DNA from: Octopus sinensis
Taxonomy: Eukaryota
Reading direction: 5' to 3'
Length of the DNA stretch: 64,000 nt
NCBI RefSeq assembly: GCF_006345805.1
Contig: NC_042997.1
Coordinates: 44,082,001-44,146,000, forward strand
The notes under the pieces: model-generated
The model's database searches: none
What the model was told of the DNA's origin: nothing
Seen by the model: only the letters and a program-made list of their open reading frames with translations
Shown: positions 23,152-34,997 of the stretch, piece after piece
How positions within the stretch are numbered: position 1 is the first letter of the stretch
How the letters are laid out: each line of letters starts with the position of its first letter
Position numbers and translations under genes: made by a program

Positions 23152-25801
23152 GATATTGTTAGTGTTCTAGCCATGATCATAACGCTTTTATTGTAGGATG
23201 TTTATTACGAGAGATATGCTGTCTATATTCCAAAGATAGCCATTTAATCATTATAATAAGTTCTTGTTAAGTATAGGTCTACCTACTATATTTGATATAG
23301 TTGTAGGAGCTCTTTCTTTGTTGGGTGTGGAGTTTCGGCTGTTGAAAGGGCACACTACTCTGAATAGAAATAGTTCTGGCTTTGTACCTAAACAAAAACC
23401 TTCATCAATTATACACTGTTGTAAATATTGATATTTTAATTTTTACCACTAGATCACAAATTTAATCAACTTGACTTATTGGTGCTCATTTTATGATTAT
23501 CGAAGGATGAAAGGCAGATTGTCTGAATGATATTTGAATCCATGTTATAGTGACATATTGATTAATAAAGAATAAAACGATAAAATGTATTTATAAAAAT
23601 CGAAATTCATAAAAAAAAAATATTTATTGATAAAAAATAAAAACAACGATAGCTATTCAACTTATATAAAATTATATATATAAAATATATAATTAAAAAA
23701 AATTGAATAACCAATCTATGATCTTCAAAAATTACTGATCTTAAAAAGATGTTAAGTAAAATTAAGTATCCACGCCAAATATATAAGGTAATACCCTGCT
23801 GCAACTGAAAGGAAATATTATTCCATGAGAGCAATTCCTGGAGTGTCTGGTAATGAAAGAGTTGTCTCTGCTTGACATTGTAGCACCGACAACATCAGAC
23901 TCGGCAGCTGAGAAGCAAACTTGTTACGGAGTTAGTTTCCATAACCACTCATCTAAATTTGTAGGTTGATGAAACCTTGTAATATACTTTTGTCTTTTGC
24001 TCACTCACATATACTTTACAGCTCTTTCCTTTTTTTTCTTTATCTCCTTCTACATTTACTTCATACGTGTTCAGAATCTTCCTCCTTCCATCTCTCTCTC
24101 TCTCTGGCCATAAATAGACGTCTTCGAGAGAGTTTGATTGAAAATTCTCTTAAATTCTACCCTTACCTTCTCTGTGTGTGTGTGTGGTTCTTTTCTTTTT
24201 TTAATTCCTCGTAGGAATATTTACGTTTCTTTTTACTACCTATATTTGTTGTAGTGTTTTTATTTTCATTGTCAAGTGTGATTGACGTGTTTTATTTTAG
24301 GGAGTGTATAGCAACCAACCTGTTAATTCTTAACTCCTCACCGCTCCTCATCAATGCATCTCTCTGCTCTAAACTTCACACTCGGTGCTGGGGATTCCAG
24401 CCGTTCTCTTATTTCTTACAGGTGTTGTGCTTCCTCTTTTTCCTTTACTAATATCGGTAACTATGTAACTAAAGAATTCTTTGGCTAAGTTTTTTGCGTC
24501 GTCATGAAGGAAAAAGCCGAAAGCTGTTGCTGTCTCAGCTGATTTAAAATATGCACATTTAATAATCTGGAATCGTTTGATTTCACAGCCTCCTCTTCTC
24601 GCTCTTTAATTATCTCGTTCTTCCTATCTCTATACAGTTTTTAATTACAGGAGAACATTCCATCGCTTATTTCGTCTAGCTAGCATCTTCATCTAGAGTT
24701 TCATCCAGCTCGCATCTTCATCCAGTTAAAAATAAGTTCACAAAATTTTATCACGTCGTAAATTGCTTTTAACTTTCTGTCTTTCTGTCTGATCATCATT
24801 TCCTCCAAGAAAAGTGAAAAACTACGACGAAAGCTTAGTCAGATTGGAAAAATTCAGAATATGAAAAAATGCTAAGACATCATCACTAATTAACTCGGCT
24901 GTTTATATCGCAGTTTGTTTCTAATCTCAGAATCTGGTTATGGTTGACACTATTCAAGTCCTGTTGGCCACCCTGGCAGTCAGCTTGCTAGCGGCAACCC
25001 TTGTTATGACATCAATGTTTATTGCGGCTTTTATGTTTATTCTGCTTCTCGGTGGAATGGCCATGATGATCGTCACGCTCATAACAGGCAACGACAGTTT
25101 CCTCTCGTGGCACTGGTGTTGACAATCCAACTTCAAATAACATCAACAGTACTTTGGTTATTTTCTTTAAAACTCTCGCATACAATCTCCACGCGCCGCG
25201 CCTACAAAAAGTTAAAATGATAAAGAAAAAGAAAAGAAAATTTTGTCGAAAAACCAAATCTTTGAGCAAAAAGGAAAAAAAAAAAAAGTTTTGTCTGGCC
25301 TCTTAGAAATTATTGATACGTCTCTGCGACAGAAAACTCGATCTGTTAAAAGACTTCGTTTATATTATTTTATCAATAAAGATTTTGGCCTGAAGATTTG
25401 TCTGTGATACTATATACCGCCAAAGAATGGCAAATTTATATTCAAAGGTAGGACTTTGCAACAACTTTCTCTTTACATTTTTTTCTTTTTTTAATATTAT
25501 CTAATATTGCTTATCATGACCTTTACCCTATATTTTATATTGTATATGTATATAAAAGGGTCGGTAAACCTGAGCATGCGGAACGGAAAGCCCCTGAGTA
25601 AAGTGAAAGCGTCCAGTTATTTTCGCTTTAAAAAAAAAGTGTTCGTTAAATGAGTATTTATTTTTAATTATGCATGAGGTGCTAAACTCGGATGTGTGTG
25701 TCTGTTTGTATTGTGTGTGTGTATATATATATATATCTACGTGTGTGTGTATGTATTTACATACACGTGACGTGACCCAGCAGTTCCTTTAGCATTTAAA
25801 T

Positions 25802-26049
25802 CAGTGTTTCTCAACCGTCTTGAACCCTACGAACCCCTTTGATTTCTATTTTACTTGGATGGGCCCTCATAACCCATTCAGTGCTTTAAAAAAATTCCTA
25901 TTGAATTTTTATAATGAAATATTTTTTAGGAATTGTATGAAAAAAAAAAAAATTTTATGACTTGTAGAAGAAATTTATTGCACAGATTTTTTTACAAAAT
26001 CTTGTACGGACCCCCAAGGGCCATAATGGACCCTGGTTGAGAAGCACTC
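25802..26049. mobile_element. hAT (Charlie-like) MITE
   Basis: TIRs CAGTGTTTCTCAACC / GGTTGAGAAGCACTC, with an imperfect 8-bp TSD ATTTAAAT / ACTTAAAC. Confidence 0.72.
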
Positions 26050-26211
26050 ACTTAAACGATCTTAATTTGTTTGTCATTACAGTTTGATCCTCATCTGCTT
26101 TGTTTCCTCAGAAGTGTTTTGTTTTATTTGTTAAATTCTGAGTTAATAAAACTCAGATTTCATGTTTGGTTACTTTAAAATTTAATTGTTTTTAAACGTT
26201 TCTTTGCATAG

Positions 26212-26312
26212 GTATCTACACATGTGAAGAGATGAGTGACCTCAGCTGGGCTTTTGTTGCGATTGGAATTCTTATATTTTACCATTTTATACCACTACAG
26301 ATAATTGCCAGT
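26212..26312 (+). CDS. TMEM164: TMEM164 orthologue, internal coding exon (101 nt, phase 1/0)
   Basis: tttgcatag acceptor and gtaaga donor. Translates (G)IYTCEEMSDLSWAFVAIGILIFYHFIPLQIIAS, compare [34 protein letters not shown]. Phase is compatible with both neighbouring exons. Confidence 0.92.
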
Positions 26313-26366
26313 GTAAGAATCTTCTTATTTATTTATATCTTTATCTCTCTCTATATATGCCCTTAA

Positions 26367-26570
26367 CCCTTCAGTGTTCAATCAAAAGTAATGCTTGTTT
26401 ATCCACATTATTTTGAATTAATCATGCATTAGCTTGTAGCTTTGAGATTTTGATGATGTAATTGTCTATTCTTAGAATGACATTGTAGGGTAGGTATGAT
26501 ATGCCAGATCTGGCCGGTTTGAACATGTAGAATATTTGGGATGGATTTGGCCGGTTTAAATGCTAGAAGG
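26367..26570. mobile_element. piggyBac-like MITE
   Basis: TTAA|CCCTTCAGT...GCTAGAAGG|TTAA. Homologous to 6060-6278. Confidence 0.62.
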
Positions 26571-26718
26571 TTAAATGGTTTGAAAAGTTATTTGATAAAA
26601 GCATTATTATAAGTGCAGGAATAGTTGTGTGCTAAGAAGTTTGCTTCCTCCCCAGCCAAAGGGTTTCAGGTTCATCCCTCACTGTGTGGTGCTTTGGGCA
26701 AGTGACTTTTATAGCCTT

Positions 26719-27045
26719 ATCATCATCATCATCGTTTAACGTCCGCTTTCCATGCTGGCATGGGTTGGACGGTTCAACTGGGGTCTGGGAAGCCAGAAGG
26801 CTGCACCAGGCCTAGTCTGATCTGGCAGTGTTTCTACAGCTGGATGCCCTTCCTAACACCAACGACTCCGTGAGTGTAGTGGGTGCTTTTTACATGCCAC
26901 CAGCACAGGTGCCAGACGAGGCTGGAAAACGACCACGGTCAGATGGTGCTTTTTACGTGCCACCGGCACGGAGGCCAGTTGGGCGGCGCTGGCTACGGCC
27001 ACGTTCGGATGATTTTCTTACGTGCCACCGGCACTGGTATCACAG
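26719..27045 (-). mobile_element. RTE 3' tail fragment
   Basis: (CAT)n tail and conserved 3' UTR. Confidence 0.85.
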
Positions 27046-27047
27046 CT

Positions 27048-27650
27048 AATAATAATGAAATTATTGTATACAGTGCTCAGGTGCACCACAACTTGTCAGA
27101 CAGTGCATATAAAGTACATGCAGTAATGTAGAAATGTCTGGAAAGTGAACAATGTATGAGTCAGATACATGCTTGCGTGTGTATGTAGGGGAGAAAATCA
27201 GGTGTAGTGATGGCGAATCTCAGAAAGCATGGAAGTTTTGAAGGATACAGTGCTCCGACAACTAACAACTGATGCCAGCAGTTTGTTCCATACTTCAGCA
27301 ACTCTAAGCGTGAAAAAATGTTTCCGAAAGTCATGGGAGCTGTGCTGTTTTCTGACTTTTTAAATATGTCCACGGGTGTTAGACAGGTGGAGTTTGAAAA
27401 GGTGCTCAGAGTTATTGTTTGTAAGATGGTTGATAATTTTATGGGTGTCTGCCAAGTCAGCTGCCAGACGTTGGAGTTTCAATGTGTCCATGCCCAGGGA
27501 AGTAAGGCGTTCAGGATATGGCAAATGCCTGATGGAGGGTATTCTTTTGGTTGCACGTCGCTGAATGGCTTCCAGACGATTGATATCCTGGGCAAGATAG
27601 GGGTTCCAGACCGGTGATGCAAATTCCAGCTTTATACTGATCAAAGCTTT
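27048..27650 (-). mobile_element. CR1-group LINE 3' fragment
   Basis: ORF 27360-27692 KLEFASPVWNPYLAQDINRLEAIQRRATKRIP...TRGH. Confidence 0.88.
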
Positions 27651-28427
27651 GTGTGTGAATATGGTAGGTGGAAACTGAAAGAAGCCTGTCATATAGGTGT
27701 GTGGGGGTGTGTACCATCTTCTTGCTGTCTTCGCCTAATAGTTATGAACAAGTGCCACCACCATGCAAGTAGTGTCCTTTTTTTTTTTTCAATCTTCCAT
27801 GGAAACATAATCTTGCCATGGAGGAAATATTATCTTGCTTGGAAATAGGTGAGGATTGGTGATGAGAAGGATATCTGTTTGCAGAAGAAATTTGCCTCAA
27901 TGATTTCTATCTGACCCATGCGAACATGGAAAATTGGATGTTAAAACCATGATGATGATGCAAAGGATGACGGTTCTTAATGTCTAATATCCAAGAAATA
28001 TGAAAAAGTGGTTTCTCTTTTTTAATAACACTACCTCATATTTTGATTGAATCTCTCTGTCTCTGCCTGTCTGTCTCTCTCTCTCTCTCTTACACTCACA
28101 CACACATACACACTCTTTTCCTCCCACCTTACCATTTCTTGGTTATAAAACCCCATTCCACTCTGCTTACTTTCACTAATTATTTCATCATGTAATCCAT
28201 GTAATCCTCGTTGTTATTATTTGGTTGAGCTTCCCCGGATTTGTTCAGCTCAGTCATTCTACCAATCACAGCATTGCATAACATTCAGGAAGTCAGAATG
28301 TCAACATCCTGTGTCCATAGTGAACTGCTTGTTGAAGATTATTGTTTGGCATCTGCCCAATATGTATTCACTTTGGGGGTCTCCGTAACAGAGTACCACT
28401 AATGAGTTCTCATTTTGCTGTCCAGTT

Positions 28428-28910
28428 CATCATCATCATCGTTTAATGTTCGTTCTCCATGCTAGCATGGGTTGGACGGTTCAACTGGGGTCTGGGAAGC
28501 CAGAAGCTGCACCAGGCTCCGGTCTTATCTAGCAATGTTTCTACAGCTGGATGCCCTTCCTAATGTCAACCACTCCGTGAGTGTAGTGGGTGCTTTTTAC
28601 GTGCCACCTGCACTGGTGCCAGGCGAGGCTGGCATTGCCCACGGTCGGATTGGTGCTTTTTACGTGCCACCTGCACTGGTGCCAGGCGAGGCTGGCATTG
28701 CCCACGGTCGGATTGGTGCATTTTACGTGCCACCTGCACGGAAGCCAGTCGAGGCGGAACTGGCTTCGGCCACGATTCGGATGGTGCATTTTACGTGCCA
28801 CCTGCACGGAAGCCAGTCGAGGCGGCACTGGCTTCGGCCACGATTCGGATGGTGCATTGTACGTGCCACCTGCACGGAAGCCAGTCGAGGCAGCACTGGC
28901 TTCGGCCAGT
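28428..28910 (-). mobile_element. RTE 3' tail with a tandem array of 63-bp and 68-bp units
   Basis: The GGTGC core recurs at 28589, 28652, 28715, 28783 and 28851. Confidence 0.88.
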
Positions 28911-29144
28911 TATGTCCTACAAATATTCATATCGCCCTAATATTATCAGTGATTGCAAGAAGACTGTCATACAGTCTTAACTTGATTGTATGCTTTTCCT
29001 TGGAATTATTTGGAATGACATTCAACCTGCAGGTTTCAGTGCCACCAAACCTTGCCTTCAGGTTTTTGGAATCTGGAGTCTTCATTGTAAATGCTGCTTT
29101 TCATACAATTTCTCTTTCTCTTTACTGCTTTTGATTACAGATTC

Positions 29145-29485
29145 ATCATCATTACCGTCTAACGTCCGTTTTCCATGCTAGCATGGGTTGGACGATTCGA
29201 CCGGGGTCTGAGAAGCCAGGAGGCTGCACCAGGCTCCAGTCTGATCTAGCATTGTTTCTACAGCTGGATGCCCTCCCTAATGCCAACCACTCTGAGTGTA
29301 GTGGGTGCTTTTTACGTGCCACCAGAACAGGTGCCAAGTGAGGCTGGCAACGGCCACGATTGATTGGTGTTTTTTATGTGCCACCGGCACGGAAGCCAGT
29401 CGAGGTGGCGCTGGCAATGGCCACGTTCAGATGGTGCTTTTTACGTGCCACTGGCACAGGGATCACAACTACAATTTCCATTGAT
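29145..29485 (-). mobile_element. RTE 3' tail fragment
   Basis: Conserved tail sequence. Confidence 0.82.
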
Positions 29486-29562
29486 TTTTTATTTTTGATG
29501 TTGATTATTGTTTATAATGTTCTGTGTGTCTGTGTGTCTTCCTTTCTGTGCAAAATTAATTA

Positions 29563-30327
29563 CGAGGAGGTATCAAAATGTTCCCAGACTAGTTCTATAG
29601 CATGCTAACAGATGGCAGCACATTGTTGCATGTGCACTGAGAGCTAGCAGTGACCTTCATGAGGCTGTTTACTTTGCAAGTTGTGAAGTTTGTTTTTGTG
29701 ATCACGTGTATGCTGTAGTCTGCGATTTTGTGATGGACAGGAAGTTGGAACAAAGAGCCAACATGTAATTTTGCTTTGTACTTGGGGAGTCTGCTACAGA
29801 GACATTGAGCATGCTTTGGCAAGCTTACAGCAATGAGGCAATGGGTTGTACACAATGTTTCAGGTGGCACAGGCGCTTCAAAAGCAGAAGAACGTCCTGG
29901 AAGATGATGAGTACTCTGGAAGACCTACCATGAGTGTCACCCCTCTAAATGTGGAGAAAATTCATCAGCTTGTGCATGAAGATCATTGGAGCAGAATAAA
30001 CTTGCGAGTTTCTAGCTAAAAACAACATGGTATTGCTTCTGCACCCACCCTATTCAGCAGATTTAGACTTCCATCTCTTGCCCAAGATGAAAATGCAATT
30101 CAAAGGTCCTTGTTTTATCATCATTGTTGAGATCCAGTGTGAATTGCAGAAGGTCCTCGACTCACAGAAAATGACTTCCAGGCCAGATTCCCAAAGTGGC
30201 AGGACTGCTGGGACTGGTGTATTGTTGCACAAGGTGACTATTTCAAAAGGGATGATGTTAAAACTTAGGTGAATAAGTTATTTTTTATTAAACCTAATGA
30301 GTCCAGGAAATTTTTGATACCACTTTG
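29563..30327 (+). mobile_element. mariner element relic, internally deleted
   Basis: TA|CGAGGAGGTATCAAAA ... TTTTTGATACCACTTTG|TA. ORF 30027-30272 contains LLHPPYSADL.FHL.PKMK, the YSPDL motif region. Confidence 0.85.
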
Positions 30328-30619
30328 TACCTTATTCATCATCTTTAAATGTCTGTCTTCCATGATGCTGGCATGGTTTAAATGATTTGACAGGATCCAC
30401 TGGTCAGAGGACTATGATGTGCTCCAGTGTTTGCTTTGAGTTAGTTTTAGGAGTTGGGTGCCATTTCTAATACCAATCACTTTACAGAGTGCACTGGATG
30501 TTGTTTTTGTGGTACCGTACCAGTGCATCATGTAGTTTGCAAGATCAAGATCTCCATTGGCTGAGAGGGGCCATAGTTCTACTACAGCCGCAGTTTTATG
30601 CCAGTTGATGAATAGATAG

Positions 30620-31756
30620 AATATAAAACAAAGGGCCTGAACAGTTTCTTGCAGAAGAGGCACATGGTTGCTTACATTATACAAAAGTAATAATTGGTGT
30701 GGAGCTGGAAAGAGAAGCAAAGATCCTGGTGGCAATATATCAGGATGGGCTCTTGGGGCTCAAGAACAGGAAGGGAGGTTGGATAAAGGTAGTTAAAATG
30801 TATGGAGAGAATGGGTTAGGGTCAAGGATGAGTGGATTTTGATAATAAAATAGGGGTTGGATGATGAGAGATTTGTAAAGTGTGGAAGATGTACAGGAGC
30901 CATAATACCACAGATATATGGCAAAGTGATTTCTTTAAATGTCCAAGTGGTTCCCTGGAAGCTGTAGATGATTTTTACTACCTAAGAGAACTAATTTAGC
31001 AGTGGAGGAGGTTGTACAGAAAGTGTGATTGTTAGAATAAGAATAGGATGGAGAAAGTTCAGAGAGCTTTTATCTCTGTTGGCAACAAAAGGTCTCTCTT
31101 TCTCTCTGAGTGAAGGGAAGATTGTATGATGCATGTGTTTGAACTGCAATTCTGCATGGTAATGAGATATGAGCCTTGAATGTGGAGGACATACGAAGGC
31201 TGGAGAGGAATGAAGCTAGTATGCTCTGCTGGATGTGTGAAGTCAGTGTGCATGTGCAACAGAGCATTGGCGTATTGAGAGAGAAGTTGGGCATAAGAAG
31301 AATTAGATGATGCTGTGTGCAAGGGAGGAGACTGCAGTGGTTTGGTCATGTGATGCAGATGGATAAAGAAGTGCTGATCACTTAAAGTGAAGGGAAGTAG
31401 TGGAAAAGGGAGGCCCAGGAAAACATGGGACAAGGTATTGAAAGCTGATTTCAAAATGCTGAACCGTATGAAAGAAGATGACAGAGAACTGAGATATGTG
31501 ATGCATTGCAATACTCAAGAAGATCTGCCCATCAAAACAGAATTGAGATCCTAAAGCCAAGGTGACACATAAAAAGTATTGGTGTGGGTGCTGGTGCCAT
31601 GTAAAAAGCAGCCAGTATATTCTGGATTTGTTGGCGTTAGAAAGGGCATCCTGGCCATAGAAACCAATCCAAAACAGTCTATGGAACTTGGTGTGGTCCC
31701 TGGCCTTGTCACTTCCTGTCAAGCCATCTGACCCATGCCAGCATGGAAAACAGATA
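30620..31756 (+). mobile_element. Degenerate RTE LINE 3' portion
   Basis: Remnants of RIRIGWRKFREL, YDACVRTA.LHG.E.W and R.RL.WFGHV..M motifs, ending in a GACCCATGCCAGCATGGAAAA tail. Confidence 0.72.
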
Positions 31757-32157
31757 CTCTTTTACTCTTTTACTTGTTTCAGTCATTTGACTGCGGCCAT
31801 GCTAGAGCACCACCTTTAATCGAGCAACTCGACCCCGGAACTTATTCTTTTGTAAGCCCAGTACTTATTCTATCGGTCTCTTTTGCCGAACCGCTAGATG
31901 ATGGGGACGTAAACACACCAGCATCGGTTGTCAAGCAATGCTAGAGGGACAAACACAGACACACAAACACACACACACGCATACATATATATATATACAT
32001 ATATACGACGGGCTTCTTTCAGTTTCCGTCTACCAAATCCACTCACAAGGCTTTGGTCGGCCCGAGGCTACAGTAGAAGACACTTGCCCAAGGTGCCACG
32101 CAGTGGGACTGAACCCGGAACCATGTGGTTGGTAGACAGGCTACTTACCACACAGCC
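31757..32157 (-). mobile_element. SINE family 1
   Basis: Full-length reverse-complement copy. Confidence 0.88.
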
Positions 32158-32499
32158 GTTGATGATGATGATATGATTGGGTGATGACTAGAGATTGGGA
32201 AAGGTATATGATTAGAGATTGAGAAATAGTGGAAGGATAATCAATGATATATATAAGTCAGGGAGTAGGTACTGATTGGTAATGAAAAAGAGTTGCCGAA
32301 TAGAAAGAAAGACATGGTGTGTGTGTGCGGGGTGGGGGGTTGCAAGAGTATGAGAGGTAAAATATTGAAACTGTGTGAGTGAAGAGAATGACATAATGTG
32401 GGGGAAGAGAGTGAGCAATGTATAGCGATATAGACAAATCAACAGGGAGTAATTCACTGGAAATGGGGAGATAATTTGCTAGCATAGAAGGGTAGAGTT

Positions 32500-32838
32500 C
32501 ATCATCATCATCATCATTTAGCGTCCGCTTTCCATGCTAGCATGGGTCGGACGGTTCAACTGGGGTCTGTGAAGCCAGAAGGCTGCATCAGGCCCAGTCT
32601 GATCTGGCAGTGTTTCTACGGCTGGATGCCCTTCCTAATGCCAACCACTCCGCGAGTGTAGTGGGTGCTTTTTATGTGCCACCTGCACAGGTGCCAGATG
32701 GAGCTGGCAAACGGCCACAGACGGATGGTGCTTTTTATGTGCCACCGGCACAGGGGCCAGGCAAGGCTGGCAAACGGCCACGGACGGACGGTGCTTTTTA
32801 CGTGCCACCGGCATGGAGGCCAGGCAAGGCTGGCAACA
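32500..32838 (-). mobile_element. RTE 3' tail fragment
   Basis: (CAT)n tail with about 3 repeat units. Confidence 0.85.
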
Positions 32839-33169
32839 ATACTTATTATTCAGACCAAATATATGTGCATGTGTGTGTATGCATGGGTATTTGGGTTTCC
32901 TTGCCTTGACATCTCTAGATTTGTAGTAATAATTCAGTATCATTTTTTTAACAAATATTTTGTGTTTTTTAGCGTATATGTAAAGTGGGTTGTGTTTGCA
33001 AATTTTAACATTTTCAATATTGTTCTATGTCACCCCATTTCTGTATTTTTGTTCATCTTCAGTCTCATCTCTTACCTATGAGCAACAATCAGCTAAACAT
33101 CATCCATTTATATTACCTCTCTATATAGACATGGTAAATTTGTATTTTTTTTTTTTACATACCACTATC

Positions 33170-33504
33170 CAAACTGGCTCCCGTGCCAGTGGCACATAAA
33201 AAGCACCATCCAAACATGGTCAATGCTAGTGCCTCCTGACTGGCTTCCATGTTGGTGGCATGTAAAAAGCACCATCCGAAGGTGGTCAATGTCAGTGCCC
33301 CTTGACTGGCTCCCATGTCAGTGGCCCCATAAAAAGCACCCACTACACTCTTGGAGTGGTTGACATTAGGAAGGACATCCAGCTGTAGAAACCTTGCCAG
33401 ATCAGATTGGAGCCTGGTGCAGCCATCTGGTTTGCCAGTCCTCAGCCAAACCTTCTAACTCATGCCAGCATGGAAAGCAGACGTTAAACAATGATGATGA
33501 TGAT
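33170..33504 (+). mobile_element. RTE 3' tail fragment
   Basis: Ends GACGTTAAACAATGATGATGATG. Confidence 0.8.
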
Positions 33505-33867
33505 TGAATGATATTTTTAATTTTGTATTGTTTCTCAGCTTGTACGAAATCCAAACAATTGACATTTACTGAAATTTCTCAGTTATCCTGGTTGATATTT
33601 ACAGCAATAGAAATATTTTGTATCATTGTTAGTTGATATTTATGTAAGTACAAAAATGTCACCAACTTGGGATAAATAAAAAAATAATTAATGTTTTGAA
33701 GCAAATTGTAGGATAGGAATTTCATGAGAATATTTATTCCATGGCCAAAGGATTGCAAATCATTAATATCTATGTTCCGCTTACATCTCTTATTTTTCAT
33801 AGACAGAAGTCATAGAGCTACAGAACTTTTACTTAATTCTTGAATTTGTGGCATTGAGAAAAAAAAG

Positions 33868-34368
33868 ATGAATCTCTCTCACTCATTCATTCTCTCACTC
33901 TCACTCATTCATTCTCTCACTCTCACTCATTCATTCTCTCTCTCGCACTCATTCTCTCTGTCTCACTCATTCTTTCTCTCTCTTACTCATTCTCTCTCTC
34001 TTACTCATTCTCTCACTCTCACTCTCACTCATTCTCTCTCTCACTTTCACTCTCTCTCACTCATTCTCTCACTCTCACTCATTCTTTTTCTCTCTTACTC
34101 ATTCTCTCTCTTACTCATTCTCTCACTCTCACGCATTCTCTCACTCTCACGCATTCTCTCACTCTCACTCATTCTCTCTCTCACTCTCACTTTCACTCTC
34201 TCTCACTCATTCTCTCACTCTCACTCATTCTTTTTCTCTCTTACTCATTCTCTCTCTCTTACTCATTCTCTCACTGTCACTCATTCTCTCACTCTCACTC
34301 ATTCTCACTCTCACTGTCACGCATTCTCTCACTCTCACTCATTCTCTCTCTCCCTCTCTTTCTCTTAA
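33868..34368 (+). repeat. CT-rich low-complexity satellite built from ACTCATTCTCTC-like units
   Basis: Visible directly. It gives the SHSFSL-repeat ORF 33868-34368. Confidence 0.92.
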
Positions 34369-34580
34369 TGTAACAAAAATCCATAGTTAAGTAACTTTGT
34401 GCAAAAGGAAACAAATTATTTCCTGCATTTTGGTCAACTGAACAAATGGGCAACTGCATGTCCTGCTAGAAATGCATCACAATACCTGCAGTGAATAAAC
34501 AATTTTTACTATAAGCATTTATTATTTTCTTGCAGTATATCTTTCTATTATTATTTTCATTATTTTTTTTTTCTTTTTAG

Positions 34581-34997
34581 CTCTCCTCTGTCAATCTCAA
34601 CAATATACTATGCCCTGCTGTCTCGGATCCATTCTCTGGTCAGATGTATCGCATCATAGCTATTCTCCACCAAGCTATTTGCTTACCTTTCTTGGGAAAA
34701 TTACTCAACTGGATTGGCCTTCAAATTTCTTTGGACAAGTCTACTTCATCGACTCATCTTGAAAACTCAGATAACCTTGATAAAATGTCAAACAAACAGT
34801 TGTCAAAGGAAAGTTCTTGTGATCAAAACATATCAAAAATTACTAATGATGATACAAGTTCATCCCGCAGTGAATCTCCAGCTATACATCATACGTGTAA
34901 TTGTAAAACAGTAAGATTACGCAACAAGGAAAATCAGTCCAGTAATCAAGATCCTGATCTCTCAAACTCACCTGTGGATTCCAATCCTGTATTTTGA
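34581..34997 (+). CDS. TMEM164: TMEM164 orthologue, terminal coding exon with stop
   Basis: T-rich tract and ttttag acceptor. Translates LSSVNLNNILCPAVSDPFSGQMYRIIAILHQAICLPFLGKLL..., compare [31 protein letters not shown]. TGA at 34995-34997, with AATAAA hexamers near 35190-35235. Confidence 0.93.
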   Translation, partial: LSSVNLNNILCPAVSDPFSGQMYRIIAILHQAICLPFLGKLLNWIGLQISLDKSTSSTHLENSDNLDKMSNKQLSKESSCDQNISKITNDDTSSSRSESPAIHHTCNCKTVRLRNKENQSSNQDPDLSNSPVDSNPVF

